Positions 30,179-42,532 are shown, counted from the first letter of the stretch. The stretch: 64,000 nt of DNA from an uncultured delta proteobacterium (GCA_963845515.1 CAWJSR010000055.1:147534-211533); one strand, 5' to 3'. Notes: generated by a model from the letters alone, not told the origin. Program-made: numbers and translations.

Positions 30179-32949
30179 ATGACGCTTCGCCGATACGCAC
30201 CGCTCGCGCTCATGGCGCTGGCCGTGGGCTGCACAGAGGTCAAGCAGGAGAAGCCTACCAACACCCTGGTCTTCGCGACGTTCGACTCGACCGCGGGCGT
30301 CATCCCGACGCCGAACGACCTGGCGCTGCAGGGCGCTCCCGGCATCGACACCTCGGGGGCCAACGTCCTCAAGACCGCGCAGAAGGCACTGCTCCTGGAC
30401 TTCGTCGCGTCGAGCGGGTTCCCGTCCGACCAGGAGGTCTCCATCAGCATCCCGTTCCGCGCCGTCACGTTCGACGCCGCGACCAATGCCTACGTGACCG
30501 CGGCGACGCAGCCGGTCGTCGATCCTGCGACGGCCACGGCCAGCACCGTGGCGCTCTTCAAGGTCTCTGGCGGCGCCGTGACGCCTGTGGCGTTCACGGC
30601 CGAGACCGACCTGCTCGACTCGAAGGTGCTCAAGATCCGGAAGGCGGCGGACGCGACCGGCAGCCGGCGCTGGGAGCCCGGCGCCCGCTACGTCGTCGCG
30701 GTCCGCGGCGGCTCCAGCGGCGTGAAGACGACGACGGGGCTCACCGTGAACGCCGACCAGGGGATCGCCCTCGTCATCCCCAACAAGGACATGACCAAGG
30801 TGGAGAACCAGCCGCCTGGTGGCCTCGACGCCGTGACCGCCGCGAAGCTCGACGGCCTCCGCAAGGTCCTGTGGAGCGCGGTCCCTTGGTGCAACATGCC
30901 GGTGATTCCGCCGGCCTACGCGGCGCTGCTGACCGCGGGCTGGAACCCCGTCGCCGATCCCGCCCTGGCCGCCCTCTGCGCGTCGCCGCCCGTGCCGACC
31001 GCGAGCAGCGCCTTCGCCGCGATCTCCGGGGTCTTCCCCGTCGAGCAGACCGCCGCCATCGCGACGTTCCAGATCGCGCCGAGCCCCGGCACGTACGTGG
31101 TGGTCGACTCGGGCTCCGGCGTCGCGCCGCTGCCGTTCGATCTGATGCGCGAGGCGATCCCTTCGGACGTCACCAAGCCGCTCGACGGCGGCCTCGTGAA
31201 GCCCAACGCCGCCTTCGGCGCCGCTGGCGCCGGGCTGGTCACGCTCGACGGCTTCTCGACGACCGCCATGATCCTGGCGTCGACCTCGGGGCCGATCACG
31301 GCCGGCACCGTCGCCGCCAACGTGAAGCTCTACAAGCGCAACGCCGACGCGACCTGGACCGAGGTCCTCGCCGTCGTCAAGCAGCCCCCCCAGATCCAGC
31401 AGGGCGGCTTCTCCGTGGCCATCGGCCTCCAGCCGGCCGTCTGGACCGGGACCATGGCGCTTCCCCCGCTCGCCGAGGACACGAAGTACGCGGTCGTCGT
31501 GAACGACGGCGTCACCGACTTCACCGGGATGGTCTCGCTCGCCCGCTCCACCTTCTCGAAGCTGATCCTCGAGCAGACGGCGCCGGTGGTCTATCCGTGG
31601 CCGGTCGCGCAGGGGACGAACCCCTCGACCCTCACGCCGCTCCTCGCAGGGATGGACGCCCAGACGGCAGCAGGCATCCAGAAGATGCGCGGCGAGATCG
31701 ATGAGCTGATCGCCGACCGGACCCTCACCCGCTCGTCCATCGCCGCCGCCTACACGTTCAAGACGCAGACGGTGACCCCCACGTCGGTCGGCCTGGCGGC
31801 CGCCCCGTACGCGTCGTTGAGCAGCGTTGCGCCGTCCAGCGTCGTGGCGTTCACGCCAGCGCAGTTCGAGACGCTGACCATGATCCCCGCGGGGCTCTTC
31901 CCCTCCGGCTCCAGCATCGTGACCGCGCAGATCACGACGATAGATCCGATGGACACCGATCCATCGAAGGGGACGCTGAACCCCAACCAGGCCGCGTGGG
32001 GCGCCAAGCAGCTCGACGCCATCGTGCTCCTCCCGGCGGCCGCCAGCGTGGCCGCCAGTTGCCCTGCTCCCGCCGACGCGCTCAAGTGCGCGCCGCTGGT
32101 CGTCTTCCACCACGGACTCGCCGGCTCCCGCCTGCAGTCGGTCGTCCTCGCCAACGCGCTCGCGGCCAACGGGTTCGCCGTGGCGGCGATCGACGCGCCG
32201 TTCCACGGCGGCCGTGCGTTCTGCTCGACCGACGCGCACTGCGCGTCGGGCGGTACCTGCACCCTCAACATGGTCGATCCGGACGGCGCTGGGCCGATCC
32301 CCGCGTTCCAGAACCAGATCAACCCGTCGAGCTGCACGACCTCCCTCGCGCCCGACGCGACCGGGCTGAGCACGGCCGCTTCCGGGCAGTACCTGATCTC
32401 TGCCAACTTCTTCCGATTCCGCGACGCCATCCGCGAGGACGTCCTGGACCAGTCGGCCCTAGTCCTCGCGCTGGCGCCTCCCACGCCACGCACCACCGAT
32501 GCGTTCGCGACGACCGCCGCCGGGCTCGGTGTCGCCATCGACCCTACCAGGGTCTACTACCTCGGCCAGTCGCTCGGCGGGATCGTCGGGACACAGATCC
32601 TCGCGACCAACCCCCGCTACTCGCGAGGAGTGCTCAACGTCCCCGGCGGCACCTTCGTGGACGTCTTCACCACCTCGCCGAGCTTCACCACCGGCAGCAA
32701 CGACGGCACGCCGGACTCCCTGCTGGAGCTGGCGCTCCAGTCGGTCATACCCGGCTTCGATCTGACGAAGGTCGATCCCACGCATCCCGGCTTCACGCCG
32801 GGGGGCTTCGACGCGGCGATGGCGGCGGCGTACCTGAAGACCCTCAACGTCGCGAAGTGGATCATCGACCCGGCGGATCCGATCAACTACGCGGCCAACG
32901 TCGAGACGAAGCTCCTCTCTCCGCTCATGGCCAACCTCCCGAACGGCGA
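30179..32949 (+). CDS. Large lipoprotein: Ig-like domains plus alpha/beta-hydrolase (extracellular lipase-like); 3'-truncated at the junction
   Basis: Lipobox 'AVGC'; 'VFHHGLAG'; 'AIDAPFHG'; nucleophile elbow 'GQSLGG'; 'DPADPINYA'. The last ~14 codons (to 32995) are antisense cheV sequence. Confidence 0.8.
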
Positions 32950-32955
32950 CGGCGT
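32945..32955. other. Chimeric junction between two genomes
   Basis: Both flanking genes break here; base composition, codon style and gene taxonomy change abruptly. Confidence 0.88.
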
Positions 32956-33108
32956 GCGCATCACTTCCCGCACCTTGAAGACGTTGATGCCGTAAGTCTC
33001 GTGACGACCGGTACGCGCATCCACGCCAAGCGTAAACAGCAAGATCTCCAGCTTGTTGGTGCCGGCTAGGCGCGTTCGCGCATCGATATTCTTGAGCAGA
33101 TCGGACAT
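32950..33108 (-). CDS. cheV: CheV, 5' fragment only
   Basis: 'DARTRLAGTNKLEILLFTL...YGINVFKVREVMRTP', after which homology stops. Confidence 0.85.
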
Positions 33109-33242
33109 GGGACACCCTCGTTTTCCGCTGTGGTCCGCTTGCCGGGGCGGCCAAGCAGCGGGAATCTTACGTCAATTCCTGACACTATGATGGAAGGGCC
33201 GCGGGTACACAGACCGATCGCACCCGGCCTTTCGGCACCATG

Positions 33243-33548
33243 TCATGCCATGTTGAACAGCTTGCCGAAATTGGCGATATCCAGCACCTGTTTGACCACG
33301 CCACGACAGTTGGTCAGCGCAATCGACTTGCCGGCCGCCTTCGCCTTGTCGCGCAACATGAGCAGCATCCCCAAGGCCGAACTATCCAGATACTCGACGC
33401 CGCCCAGATCGACGGTCAACTCCTTGGCTGCGGTATCCGCCAACGCCGTGTCGACCGCTTCGCGAAATTCGCGATGCGAATTGAAATCAAACCGGCCGAC
33501 CAGCCTGATCTCGATACCACCCTCCCTGCCAATTACATTCGTCTGCAT
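33243..33548 (-). CDS. STAS domain anti-sigma factor antagonist
   Basis: 'GRFDFNSHREF'; 'VDLGGVEYLDSSALGMLL'; 'IANFGKLF'. Confidence 0.92.
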   Translation of the reverse strand: MQTNVIGREGGIEIRLVGRFDFNSHREFREAVDTALADTAAKELTVDLGGVEYLDSSALGMLLMLRDKAKAAGKSIALTNCRGVVKQVLDIANFGKLFNMA

Positions 33549-33599
33549 GAATACACTCCAGATTGTCTGACACCATTTATCCAGTATAGCCGCTCGAGC

Positions 33600-34672
33600 C
33601 TAACCTCGGTCCAGGCGCTGGAGACGTGCCAGGAGATGTGCCGCGACGTCCCGCAGCGTCACCACCTCGTCTACCGCGCCGATCAGCGCCGCTTCGCGCG
33701 GCATGCCGTAGACGACGCAACTCGCCTCGTCCTGGCCGATGGTCCATGCCCCGGCCTGCCGCATGGCGAGCATGCCCCTGGCGCCGTCCTTGCCCATGCC
33801 GGTCAGGACTATCGCCGTCGCATTGGCGCCCAGTTCGGCCGCCACGGAATCGAACAGGACATCCACCGCCGGCCGGTGTCGATTGACCGGCTCGGCGCTT
33901 GACAGCTCGGTCACGCAGCCGCCGGCCACTCTTCCTGACCAGAAGATGCGAGTGCCCGGGAGCCAGATAAGCCATGCCGGGATGCAGACGCTCACCCCCT
34001 TTCGCCTCGACCACGGTCAAGGACGACAAGCCATCCAGGCGTTTGGCAAAGGATGGCGTAAACGACTCCGGCATGTGCTGGACCATGACGATGGGCGGCA
34101 TTTCCTGCTGGCAGACGGATCAGCACCTCCTTGATGGCCTCGGTACCGCCGGTCGAAGCTCCGATGGCAATGACATGACTGTTCAGCAAGCGCTGTGAAA
34201 AACCGGCGGAGGAAACCGTGGCGGCGCCGTCCGCCGGCCGGGCGGGCGCCGGGCGTGGCGTGGCAACCCGGCCGCGCGCATGGAAGGCGGCGCGAATCTT
34301 GTCGCGGACGTCTTCGGTGTAGGCATGCAGCATGGCGGCGTTGTCCGCCTGCGGCTTGGTGACGAAATCGAACGCGCCGGTCTCCAGCGCTTGCAGCGTC
34401 ACCTCGGAGCCGCGCGCGGTATGGGACGAGATCATGACCACCGGCATCGGACGCAGGCGCATCAACCGGCCGAGGAATTCCAGGCCGTCCATCCTCGGCA
34501 TTTCCACGTCCAGGGTCAGCACGTCCGGGTTGAGGGACTTGATCATTTCCCGGGCGGCGATCGGGTCGGGGGCGGCCCCGACCACCTCGATGTCCGGTGC
34601 GCCGCCGATGATCTCGGTCAGCAAGGCCCGCATCAGCGCGGAGTCGTCAACAATCAGTACTTTGATGCTCAT
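33600..34672 (-). CDS. cheB: Chemotaxis methylesterase; frameshifts near 34105 and 33930
   Basis: REC '[17 protein letters not shown]'; 'IGASTGG'; 'QHMP'; 'HRPAVD'; 'LTGMGKDGA'. Confidence 0.95.
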
Positions 34673-35289
34673 CAGGTAAACAACTCGATATCGCCCACCA
34701 CCGGGGCTTCGGTAAGCCGCGCCGCATACTCCTTCTCGCGCCGCATCAGGGTGTCGTTGTGCATGCGGATGAGCTTCTTGACCAGTACCCGGCCGCTCTG
34801 CGGAAAGAAATAGACCTTGCGTGGATGCACGTCCAGCAGATCCTGCGCCTTGACCGGAATGCCCTCGGTGTTCAGGTACTCCAGTACGAAGCGGGAGTTG
34901 CGGTCGCCCACCTGGGAACTCGAAAGGCTGGCCATGACGCGGCCACCGCCGAAGACCTTGGCTTCCAGGTTGCCGCGCCGGGCACCGAGCTTGAGCAGGT
35001 GGTTGATCAGGATTTCCATGGCATAGGTGCCGTAGCGTGCCGAGGAGGAGAAGCCACTGCTATCGGCGGACTCGGCAAGCATGAAATGGTTCATGCCGCC
35101 CATACCCTTTTCGCGGTCGCGGATGCAGGCGGAGACACAGGAGCCCAGAACCGTCACCAGGACCATGTCGGAGGTCGTGACATAGTATTCACCCGGCAGC
35201 ACCTTGACCGCTTCGGCCTCGAAATGTCGGTCGTAGTAACGGTTGTTGGCCAGGTGCTCCGCAAAACCCGCTTCGCTGCCGCTGGTCAT
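34672..35289 (-). CDS. cheD: Chemoreceptor glutamine deamidase
   Basis: 'LPGEYY'; '[10 protein letters not shown]'; 'GGMNHFML'; 'AKVFGG'. Confidence 0.95.
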   Translation of the reverse strand: MTSGSEAGFAEHLANNRYYDRHFEAEAVKVLPGEYYVTTSDMVLVTVLGSCVSACIRDREKGMGGMNHFMLAESADSSGFSSSARYGTYAMEILINHLLKLGARRGNLEAKVFGGGRVMASLSSSQVGDRNSRFVLEYLNTEGIPVKAQDLLDVHPRKVYFFPQSGRVLVKKLIRMHNDTLMRREKEYAARLTEAPVVGDIELFT

Positions 35290-36191
35290 CGGGCGGCCCG
35301 CGGGGTTGCGTGACTGTGGTCGGCTCGTTCGTATACGGTGCGGCCAAGGGAATGAAACAAGTCGGCGGCATGGAGGAAGCTCTCCGAATGGCCGGCATAG
35401 AGCAGGCCATCGTCGCGCAGCAGCGGCACGAACTTCTTGAGAATCTGGTACTGGGTCGGCTTGTCGAAATAGATCATCACATTGCGGCAGAACAGCGCAT
35501 CCAGCGGCCCCTGGACTGGCCAGCGGGCGTCCAGCAGATTGATCTGGACAAAGCTGACCAGACGCCGCAATTCGGGCCGCACCCGCGCGTACCCGGACTG
35601 ACTGCCCGTGCCCTTCAGGAAGAAGCGCTGCAAGCGCGCCGGCTGCATGCGATCGACACGGTCGAGCGTATAGACCCCTCGCTCGGCGGCGGTGAGCACA
35701 TTGGTGTCGATGTCGCTGGCGACGATCTCCACCGGCGGCGACAACGTATCGAACGCCTCGCAGGCGGTCATCGCCAGCGAGTAGGGCTCCTCGCCGGTCG
35801 AAGCGGCCGAGCACCAGATGCGCAAGGGCCGGTGGCGCCTTTCCCGCAGCTGTTTGAGCAGGATGTCGAAGTGATGTGCCTCGCGGAAGAACGCGGTCAG
35901 GTTGGTGGTCAGGGAATTGACGAAGGTTTCCCACTCCTGCTCGTCGCCACCTTCCAGGCGGGCCAGATAATCCTCGAACGTGGTCAGCCTCAACGCGCGC
36001 AAGCGTCGCGCCAAGCGCGAATAGACCATGTCCTGTTTGATCGGTGCCAGCGATATGCCAGCGTGATCGTAGATCAGCTTGCGGACCCGGTCGAAGTCAG
36101 CCTGCGTGAAGTGGAACTCTCGATCCGGTGTCAGCGTCGGTGCCGGAGACGAGGAGCCGGAAGAAGCAACCGGGCTCAAAACTCTTCCCAC
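35286..36191 (-). CDS. cheR: Chemotaxis methyltransferase
   Basis: '[15 protein letters not shown]'; '[13 protein letters not shown]'; '[10 protein letters not shown]'; 'GHSES'. Start may be TTG 36179. Confidence 0.96.
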   Translation of the reverse strand: MGRVLSPVASSGSSSPAPTLTPDREFHFTQADFDRVRKLIYDHAGISLAPIKQDMVYSRLARRLRALRLTTFEDYLARLEGGDEQEWETFVNSLTTNLTAFFREAHHFDILLKQLRERRHRPLRIWCSAASTGEEPYSLAMTACEAFDTLSPPVEIVASDIDTNVLTAAERGVYTLDRVDRMQPARLQRFFLKGTGSQSGYARVRPELRRLVSFVQINLLDARWPVQGPLDALFCRNVMIYFDKPTQYQILKKFVPLLRDDGLLYAGHSESFLHAADLFHSLGRTVYERADHSHATPRAAR

Positions 36192-37114
36192 TCTTCGTTG
36201 TCGTCGGCGAGGTGGGCGGGCGGGCCTTTGCGGGCCGTCGGCTTGGCCAACGCCGGCTTCTCGGTCCGCGCCTCATGGCCCAGTTGCCTCGGCGTCACGT
36301 CCCGCAAGGCCGGCCCCGGCAGGTTCGTCCCGCCTCCTCCCGCCGAGAGCTTGAACATGCCCACCGCCTGCACCAGACCCCGCGCCTGCTCTTCCAGACT
36401 CTCGGCCGCCGCCGCCGCTTGTTCCACCAGGGCGGCGTTCTGCTGGGTCACTTCGTCCATCTGACCCACCGCCTGCGTCACTTGCTCGATGCCCGAGCTT
36501 TGTTCCCGGCTGGCGCCGCTGATCTCGGTCACCAGGTTGGCCACGCTCCGGAACGAGCGCACCACTTCGTCCATGGTGCTGCCCGCTTCGCCAACCAGCT
36601 TGGCGCCACTGTCGACCTTGTCCACCGATTCGGCGATCAGCGTCTTGATCTCCTTGGCCGCCGTGGCGCTTCGTTGCGCCAGGTTCCTCACTTCGGTGGC
36701 CACCACGGCGAAGCCCCGTCCTTGTTCGCCCGCCCGGGCCGCTTCCACGGCCGCGTTCAGCGCCAGGATGTTGGTCTGGAAGGCGATGCTGTCGATGACG
36801 CCGATGATGTCGGCGATCTTCTTCGAGCTGTCCTGGATCTCGCCCATGGTCACCACGACCCGCTTGACGACTTCGCCACCCCGCACCACGCCTTCGTTGG
36901 AGCTCTTGGCCAGTTCGTTCGCCTGCCGGGCATTCTCGGCGTTCTGCCGGACGGTGGCGTTGAGTTCTTCCATGGAGCTGGCGGTCTCTTCCAGACTGCT
37001 CGCCTGTTCTTCCGTCCGGCTCGATAGATCCTGGTTCCCCGCCGCAATCTCCTGCGCCGCCGTGTTGATCGCCTCCGTCGCTTCCTTGATCCGTCCCACT
37101 ACTTCGCGCAGACG
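36176..37114. repeat. 939-bp direct repeat, copy 1 (3' end of chemoreceptor 1)
   Basis: Matches 39081-40019 at constant offset 2905; three mismatches seen by eye. Confidence 0.9.
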
Positions 37115-39037
37115 CGCCACCGTCGTGTTGGTGTCGTCCTTCAGTTGGGCAAATGTGCCCTGGTAGTCGCCTTCCATGGTCTGCGTGAGATCACCGCGCG
37201 CCAGCGCCCCCAACACGCCGGCCACCGAGTTCAGGCCGCTGGCCGCCGTATCCAGGAGTTTGTTCAGACCATTCGCCAGGCTTGCGAAGAAGTCGACCTT
37301 GCCTTCCGGGGACAGGCGCTTGGTGAAGTCGCCGGCCGCCGCCGCGGTGACGATCTCCTCGATCTCGCGCTCTACCGCCACCTCGGCCGTGCGGTCGATC
37401 CATTGGCTCGCCCGCGCCAGGTAGCGACCGTTACTGTCGCGAACCGGTGTCGCCGTTACCCGCAACTGCTTGCCGGCCATCGCAACATCCAGTGTGCGCG
37501 GCTCCAGCAACTCGCTTCCGTAGACCTTGCGCATGGCCTCGTCGTCGAAATATCCAGCCAGGCCATGGCCATACATGCCTTCGACAGTGAAGCCCGGATG
37601 GGCCTGCGCAATGGCCGGCGCCATCGCCGTCCACAGCGCCGTGGCCGCGTTGTTCATGTAGATGAGCTGGTTGTTGAAGTCCGAGATGGTCATTGGCATC
37701 GCCGCACCGTCGAGGGCGATCTTGATCCGGGTCGCCTCGTCCGACACCCGCTTGGTTTCCGCCACTTCAAAGCCGAGCCGTGTCTGCATTGATTGCAGGC
37801 CCTGGAGGGTCTTGCCAAGCTCGTCGTTATGGGTGACATCGATCACGCCGGTGTAGTTGCCCTGGGTGACATTGGCTAGCGTCGTCACGACTTGGTCGAG
37901 GGGACGCTTGATCGAACGCACCAGGCGCAACGCAGCAAAGCCGGCCAGGGCGAGGACGGCCAGGACGCCGAGCACAGTCAACAGGCGGACCTGTTCGTAA
38001 TGCGCCAGGGAAGATTGGAACTCGCTACGCGCCTTGTCGGAGTGGTACTTGAACAAGGCATCCGCCCTGGCCGAAGCTTCCGCATAAAGTGGATTGGCCT
38101 TCTGGAGGAGGATTGCGTTGGCATCGCGGAAATTGCCGCTAAGCATGGCCTGCTGGGCCGGCAGCAGGCCCTCTTGAACAAACTTCTTACGCGCATCGGT
38201 ATAGGCTTCGGCCAGGGCGCGATGTTCATCGGAGTGAATCGCCTTCTGGTACTCATCCCACAGCCGGGAGATTTCCTCGATGTTTTCCTTGACCGGGTCG
38301 GTATGCTGGGCCAGCGGGTGATCGTGGTACTTGAGCGATTCACCGGCGGGATCGTGCTGCAGGGCGAGCAGGACATGGGCCCGATTGTCCGCCATCAGCT
38401 TGCCGATGCGGCCGACGATGCGGGTGGTTTCGGTTCTGCGCTCGAACATGTCGGAAACCAGCCGGTTGGTGGTTGAGACCATGAACAGCCCGACCATCGC
38501 CTGAACGACCAACACCACGGCGAGCGAGCCCAGGATACCGGCCAGGCGGCCCGCGACCGGCATGTTGGCCCAGATGCTTTCGCGGCCCTTGACCGCCTTG
38601 CCGTAACGAATGACCAGGTTGCCCTGGCGCTTCTCGCGAAACTGTCGATAGACCTCTTCATGGGCGGCGATGGCCTCGCGGGTCGCCTTGCGGCGCAGCG
38701 ACATGTAGCCCGTGATCTGCCCGCCTTCCCAGATCGGTGTGGCATTGGCCAGCACCCAATAGTAGTCGCCATTCTTGCAACGGTTCTTGACCATGCCGGT
38801 CCAGGGCCGGCCGGCCTTGAGGGTGTCCCACAAGTCCTGGAAAGCCTCCGTCGGCATGTCGGGATGCCGAACGATGTTGTGCGGCTCGCCGATCAGTTCC
38901 CTTTCCGTGAAGCCGCTAATGTCGAGAAAGTCGCGATTGATGTAGGTGATGCGTCCCTTGAGGTCGGTCTTCGAGACGATCATGGTGTCGTCGCGCAACT
39001 GAATCTCGTTCTGGGTCACCGGCAAATTGGTTCTCAT
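36176..39037 (-). CDS. Chemoreceptor 1: Aer-type PAS - TM - 4HB - TM - HAMP - degenerate PAS - HAMP - MA - EWEEF pentapeptide
   Basis: '[10 protein letters not shown]...[12 protein letters not shown]'; hairpin tip '[30 protein letters not shown]'; ends EWEEF. Confidence 0.95.
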   Translation of the reverse strand: MRTNLPVTQNEIQLRDDTMIVSKTDLKGRITYINRDFLDISGFTERELIGEPHNIVRHPDMPTEAFQDLWDTLKAGRPWTGMVKNRCKNGDYYWVLANATPIWEGGQITGYMSLRRKATREAIAAHEEVYRQFREKRQGNLVIRYGKAVKGRESIWANMPVAGRLAGILGSLAVVLVVQAMVGLFMVSTTNRLVSDMFERRTETTRIVGRIGKLMADNRAHVLLALQHDPAGESLKYHDHPLAQHTDPVKENIEEISRLWDEYQKAIHSDEHRALAEAYTDARKKFVQEGLLPAQQAMLSGNFRDANAILLQKANPLYAEASARADALFKYHSDKARSEFQSSLAHYEQVRLLTVLGVLAVLALAGFAALRLVRSIKRPLDQVVTTLANVTQGNYTGVIDVTHNDELGKTLQGLQSMQTRLGFEVAETKRVSDEATRIKIALDGAAMPMTISDFNNQLIYMNNAATALWTAMAPAIAQAHPGFTVEGMYGHGLAGYFDDEAMRKVYGSELLEPRTLDVAMAGKQLRVTATPVRDSNGRYLARASQWIDRTAEVAVEREIEEIVTAAAAGDFTKRLSPEGKVDFFASLANGLNKLLDTAASGLNSVAGVLGALARGDLTQTMEGDYQGTFAQLKDDTNTTVARLREVVGRIKEATEAINTAAQEIAAGNQDLSSRTEEQASSLEETASSMEELNATVRQNAENARQANELAKSSNEGVVRGGEVVKRVVVTMGEIQDSSKKIADIIGVIDSIAFQTNILALNAAVEAARAGEQGRGFAVVATEVRNLAQRSATAAKEIKTLIAESVDKVDSGAKLVGEAGSTMDEVVRSFRSVANLVTEISGASREQSSGIEQVTQAVGQMDEVTQQNAALVEQAAAAAESLEEQARGLVQAVGMFKLSAGGGGTNLPGPALRDVTPRQLGHEARTEKPALAKPTARKGPPAHLADDNEEWEEF

Positions 39038-39080
39038 GCTCGTTCGTTCCTCTGCTCAATGGTCGGATGAACCACCGCTG

Positions 39081-40019
39081 TCAAAACTCTTCCCACTCTT
39101 CGTTGTCGTCGGCGAGGTGGGCGGGCGGGCCTTTGCGGGCCGTCGGCTTGGCCAACGCCGGCTTCTCGGTCCGCGCCTCATGGCCCAGTTGCCTCGGCGT
39201 CACGTCCCGCAAGGCCGGCCCCGGCAGGTTCGTCCCGCCTCCTCCCGCCGAGAGCTTGAACATGCCCACCGCCTGCACCAGACCCCGCGCCTGCTCTTCC
39301 AGACTCTCGGCCGCCGCCGCCGCTTGTTCCACCAGGGCGGCGTTCTGCTGGGTCACTTCGTCCATCTGACCCACCGCCTGCGTCACTTGCTCGATGCCCG
39401 AGCTTTGTTCCCGGCTGGCGCCGCTGATCTCGGTCACCAGGTTGGCCACGCTCCGGAACGAGCGCACCACTTCGTCCATGGTGCTGCCCGCTTCGCCAAC
39501 CAGCTTGGCGCCACTGTCGACCTTGCCCACCGATTCGGCGATCAGCGTCTTGATCTCCTTGGCCGCCGTGGCGCTTCGTTGCGCCAGGTTCCTCACTTCG
39601 GTGGCCACCACGGCGAAGCCCCGTCCTTGTTCGCCCGCCCGGGCCGCTTCCACGGCGGCGTTCAGCGCCAGGATGTTGGTCTGGAAGGCGATGCTGTCGA
39701 TGACGCCGATGATGTCGGCGATCTTCTTCGAGCTGTCCTGGATCTCGCCCATGGTCACCACGACCCGCTTGACGACTTCGCCACCCCGCACCACGCCTTC
39801 GTTGGAGCTCTTGGCCAGTTCGTTCGCCTGCCGGGCATTCTCGGCGTTCTGCCGGACGGTGGCGTTGAGTTGTTCCATGGAGCTGGCGGTCTCTTCCAGA
39901 CTGCTCGCCTGTTCTTCCGTCCGGCTCGATAGATCCTGGTTCCCCGCCGCAATCTCCTGCGCCGCCGTGTTGATCGCCTCCGTCGCTTCCTTGATCCGTC
40001 CCACTACTTCGCGCAGACG
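39081..40019. repeat. 939-bp direct repeat, copy 2 (3' end of chemoreceptor 2)
   Basis: Matches 36176-37114. Confidence 0.9.
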
Positions 40020-41933
40020 GCCGATGGTGGCGTTGGTATCGTCCTTCAACTGACCGAGCACACCCTGATAGTCGGCTTCCACCGACTTGGTCAGGTCGCC
40101 GTTGGCCACCGCCTTCAGCACGCTCGCCACGTCGGCCAGGCCACGCGCCGTGATCTCCATCAACTGGTTGATGCCCCGTGCCAGGTTGAGGAAGAAGCCC
40201 TCCTTGTCAGTCTCGGGCAAACGCCGGGAAAAATCGCCCGCCACGGCCGCGGTGACGATCTCCTCGACTTCACGCTCCGCCGCCACCTCGGCGGTCCGGT
40301 CACGCCATTCGGCGACGCTGCCCAATCGCTCGCCTTGCTCGTTGAGCACCGGATTGGCGGAGACGGTCAGGGACCGGCCGCCGATTTCCAGATTGGCCGT
40401 GTAGACACCGGCGAGCTTGGCCAGCAGTTCCGCCTGGTGGCGCGGGTTCTTGTGAAAGACGTCGATGCAGGTACCAAGCAAGCGGTCGGCGTCGAAGTTG
40501 GGCAACTGGGTGCGAATGCCGGCTTCGGCCCCCTTGAGAACCCGCTGTACGGACTTGTTGATGTAGATGATGTTGCGTTCGGGATCGGCGATCATCACCC
40601 CGGTCGACACGTTGTCCAAGGCCACCTTGACGCGGGCCATTTCATTGCCGATGCGCTTGGATTCCGCCAGTTCGAAACCCGAGCGAGTCTGCATCGACTG
40701 CAAGCCCTGCAGCAGCTTGCCGACCTCGTCGTCGCGGGAAATGTCGATGGCATTCGAGTAATCGCCCTGGGCGACATTGCGCAGCACGCCGACCACGCCA
40801 CGCAAGTCGCGCCGGATGGCCCGAATGAGCCAGTAGGACAAGGCGCCACCGACGATCAGCAACACGACCATCAGGCCAATCTGGGTGTTGCGGGTCACGA
40901 CGTAGCGCCCTTGCGAGTCGGACATTTCCGCCCGGCCCTGCTTGACGTGGCGGTCACGCAGCGCGTCGGCCTTGGCAACGGCAACCATGAACAGAGGATT
41001 GACCTTTTCCTGGAACAAGGCCCAGGCCACGCCGTTGTCGCCCGCGTCGATAGCCTCGACGGCGGGCAACAGCCCTTCCTTGACGAAACGCGCTCGCGCC
41101 GCCGCGTAGTCATCGGCAATCTTGCGGTGCTCATCGGTCAACACGGTCTTCTGGTAGTCCTTCCAGAGCCCGGTAATCTCGGCGATGTTCTTGCGTACCT
41201 GCTCCATATACGGACGATGATCGGCGGTGGCGATCGACGGGTCGTGATGGACGCCCAGACCGCTGAGCGCGATCTGCATGCGGTTGTCGCCCATCAATTG
41301 CGTGATCCGGCCAAGGATGCGCACGCCGTCGAAGCGCTGCTCGTACAGGCTGACCGTCGCATCATTGGTGCGGGAAAGGGCGACGATGGCCATCAGCGCC
41401 ATGACCAGCACCAGCGTCCCGAGCAGAGCTAGCAGGCCGCCGATGCGATGCGCGAGGGTCAGGTTCTCCCGCCAGCGGCCACCGCTGACCGCGCGGCCGC
41501 ACCGGATCACCAAACCGCCCTGGCGCTTTTCCCGGAACTGGCGATAGACGTCCTCGTGCGCCTGGATCATCTCCCGGCTGGCTTTGCGCCGAACCGACAG
41601 ATAGCCGGTTACCTGACCGTGGTCCCAGATCGGCGTCGCATTGGCCAGTACCCAGTAGTGGTCGCCGTTCTTGCAGCGGTTCTTGACGTAGCCGGTCCAG
41701 GGACGGCCGACCTTGAGGGTATCCCACAGGTCCTGAAAGGCTTCCGTCGGCATGTCGGGATGCCGGACGATGTTGTGCGGCTCGCCGATCAATTCGCTTT
41801 CGGCGAAGCCGCTGATGGCGAGAAAATCGCGATTGACGTAGGTGATCTGGCCCTTCAGGTCGGTCTTCGAGACAATGATCGTCTCGTCGCCCAGCTCGAT
41901 CTCGTTGTTGGTCACCGGCAAGTTCGTCCGCAT
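39081..41933 (-). CDS. Chemoreceptor 2: Aer-type PAS - TM - 4HB - TM - HAMP - Aer2-type heme PAS - HAMP - MA - EWEEF pentapeptide
   Basis: Same N-terminal PAS as receptor 1; '[10 protein letters not shown]...EWRDRT'; MA domain. Start taken at MRTNLPVT. Confidence 0.95.
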   Translation of the reverse strand: MRTNLPVTNNEIELGDETIIVSKTDLKGQITYVNRDFLAISGFAESELIGEPHNIVRHPDMPTEAFQDLWDTLKVGRPWTGYVKNRCKNGDHYWVLANATPIWDHGQVTGYLSVRRKASREMIQAHEDVYRQFREKRQGGLVIRCGRAVSGGRWRENLTLAHRIGGLLALLGTLVLVMALMAIVALSRTNDATVSLYEQRFDGVRILGRITQLMGDNRMQIALSGLGVHHDPSIATADHRPYMEQVRKNIAEITGLWKDYQKTVLTDEHRKIADDYAAARARFVKEGLLPAVEAIDAGDNGVAWALFQEKVNPLFMVAVAKADALRDRHVKQGRAEMSDSQGRYVVTRNTQIGLMVVLLIVGGALSYWLIRAIRRDLRGVVGVLRNVAQGDYSNAIDISRDDEVGKLLQGLQSMQTRSGFELAESKRIGNEMARVKVALDNVSTGVMIADPERNIIYINKSVQRVLKGAEAGIRTQLPNFDADRLLGTCIDVFHKNPRHQAELLAKLAGVYTANLEIGGRSLTVSANPVLNEQGERLGSVAEWRDRTAEVAAEREVEEIVTAAVAGDFSRRLPETDKEGFFLNLARGINQLMEITARGLADVASVLKAVANGDLTKSVEADYQGVLGQLKDDTNATIGRLREVVGRIKEATEAINTAAQEIAAGNQDLSSRTEEQASSLEETASSMEQLNATVRQNAENARQANELAKSSNEGVVRGGEVVKRVVVTMGEIQDSSKKIADIIGVIDSIAFQTNILALNAAVEAARAGEQGRGFAVVATEVRNLAQRSATAAKEIKTLIAESVGKVDSGAKLVGEAGSTMDEVVRSFRSVANLVTEISGASREQSSGIEQVTQAVGQMDEVTQQNAALVEQAAAAAESLEEQARGLVQAVGMFKLSAGGGGTNLPGPALRDVTPRQLGHEARTEKPALAKPTARKGPPAHLADDNEEWEEF

Positions 41934-42025
41934 GGGGAGCCCCTTTGAATCGGCTAGTCGCCGGAACGCAGCGTCGGCGCGACGTTGGCTGCCGGCCCGA
42001 CCGGCTTTGCCATCCCGGATCGCCA

Positions 42026-42532
42026 TCAGAGTGCCGCCGCCTCGTCCATCAGCGCCATCTCCGAAGAAAGCATCAGGCGCGTGATGTCCACCACGATCAG
42101 CATGCGCTCTTCGAGCGTGGTCAGACCCTGGATGTACCGGGTATCGACGGTCGCGGCGAACTCCGGCGCGGGACGGATCTGGTCGGGGCGCAGCGAGGTA
42201 ACATCGGAAACGCCATCGACCACGATACCGACCACCCGCTCGGCGATGTTGAGGATGATGACCACGGTGAACGGCGTGTATTCCGCCTTGCCGACCTCGA
42301 ACTTGATGCGCAGATCGACGATCGGCACGATGGTGCCGCGCAGGTTGATGACGCCCTTGATGAAGGCCGGCGCGTTGGCGATGGTCGTCGGCTTCTCGTA
42401 GCCGCGGATCTCCTGCACCTTCAGGATGTCGATCGCGTATTCCTCGGGACCGAGCGTGAAGGTCAGGTACTCCTGCGCCAAGCCGCCTTCGTCGATCTGT
42501 CTGGGGACTTGATTGGGCAATATCCTGACCAT
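42026..42532 (-). CDS. cheW: Chemotaxis coupling protein
   Basis: '[14 protein letters not shown]'; '[16 protein letters not shown]'; '[10 protein letters not shown]'. Confidence 0.96.
   Translation of the reverse strand: MVRILPNQVPRQIDEGGLAQEYLTFTLGPEEYAIDILKVQEIRGYEKPTTIANAPAFIKGVINLRGTIVPIVDLRIKFEVGKAEYTPFTVVIILNIAERVVGIVVDGVSDVTSLRPDQIRPAPEFAATVDTRYIQGLTTLEERMLIVVDITRLMLSSEMALMDEAAAL

Noticed and set aside
28438..31704. 1088-aa ORF suggesting a giant fusion protein
   Set aside because: Only the aguA N-terminus (28849 to ~29180) is real; the rest is off-frame Arg/Pro-rich read-through caused by an indel.
32930..33000. Junction as a genomic-island or prophage boundary
   Set aside because: There is no integrase, att repeat, tRNA or IS end; both genes are cut mid-domain and both sides carry core genes.
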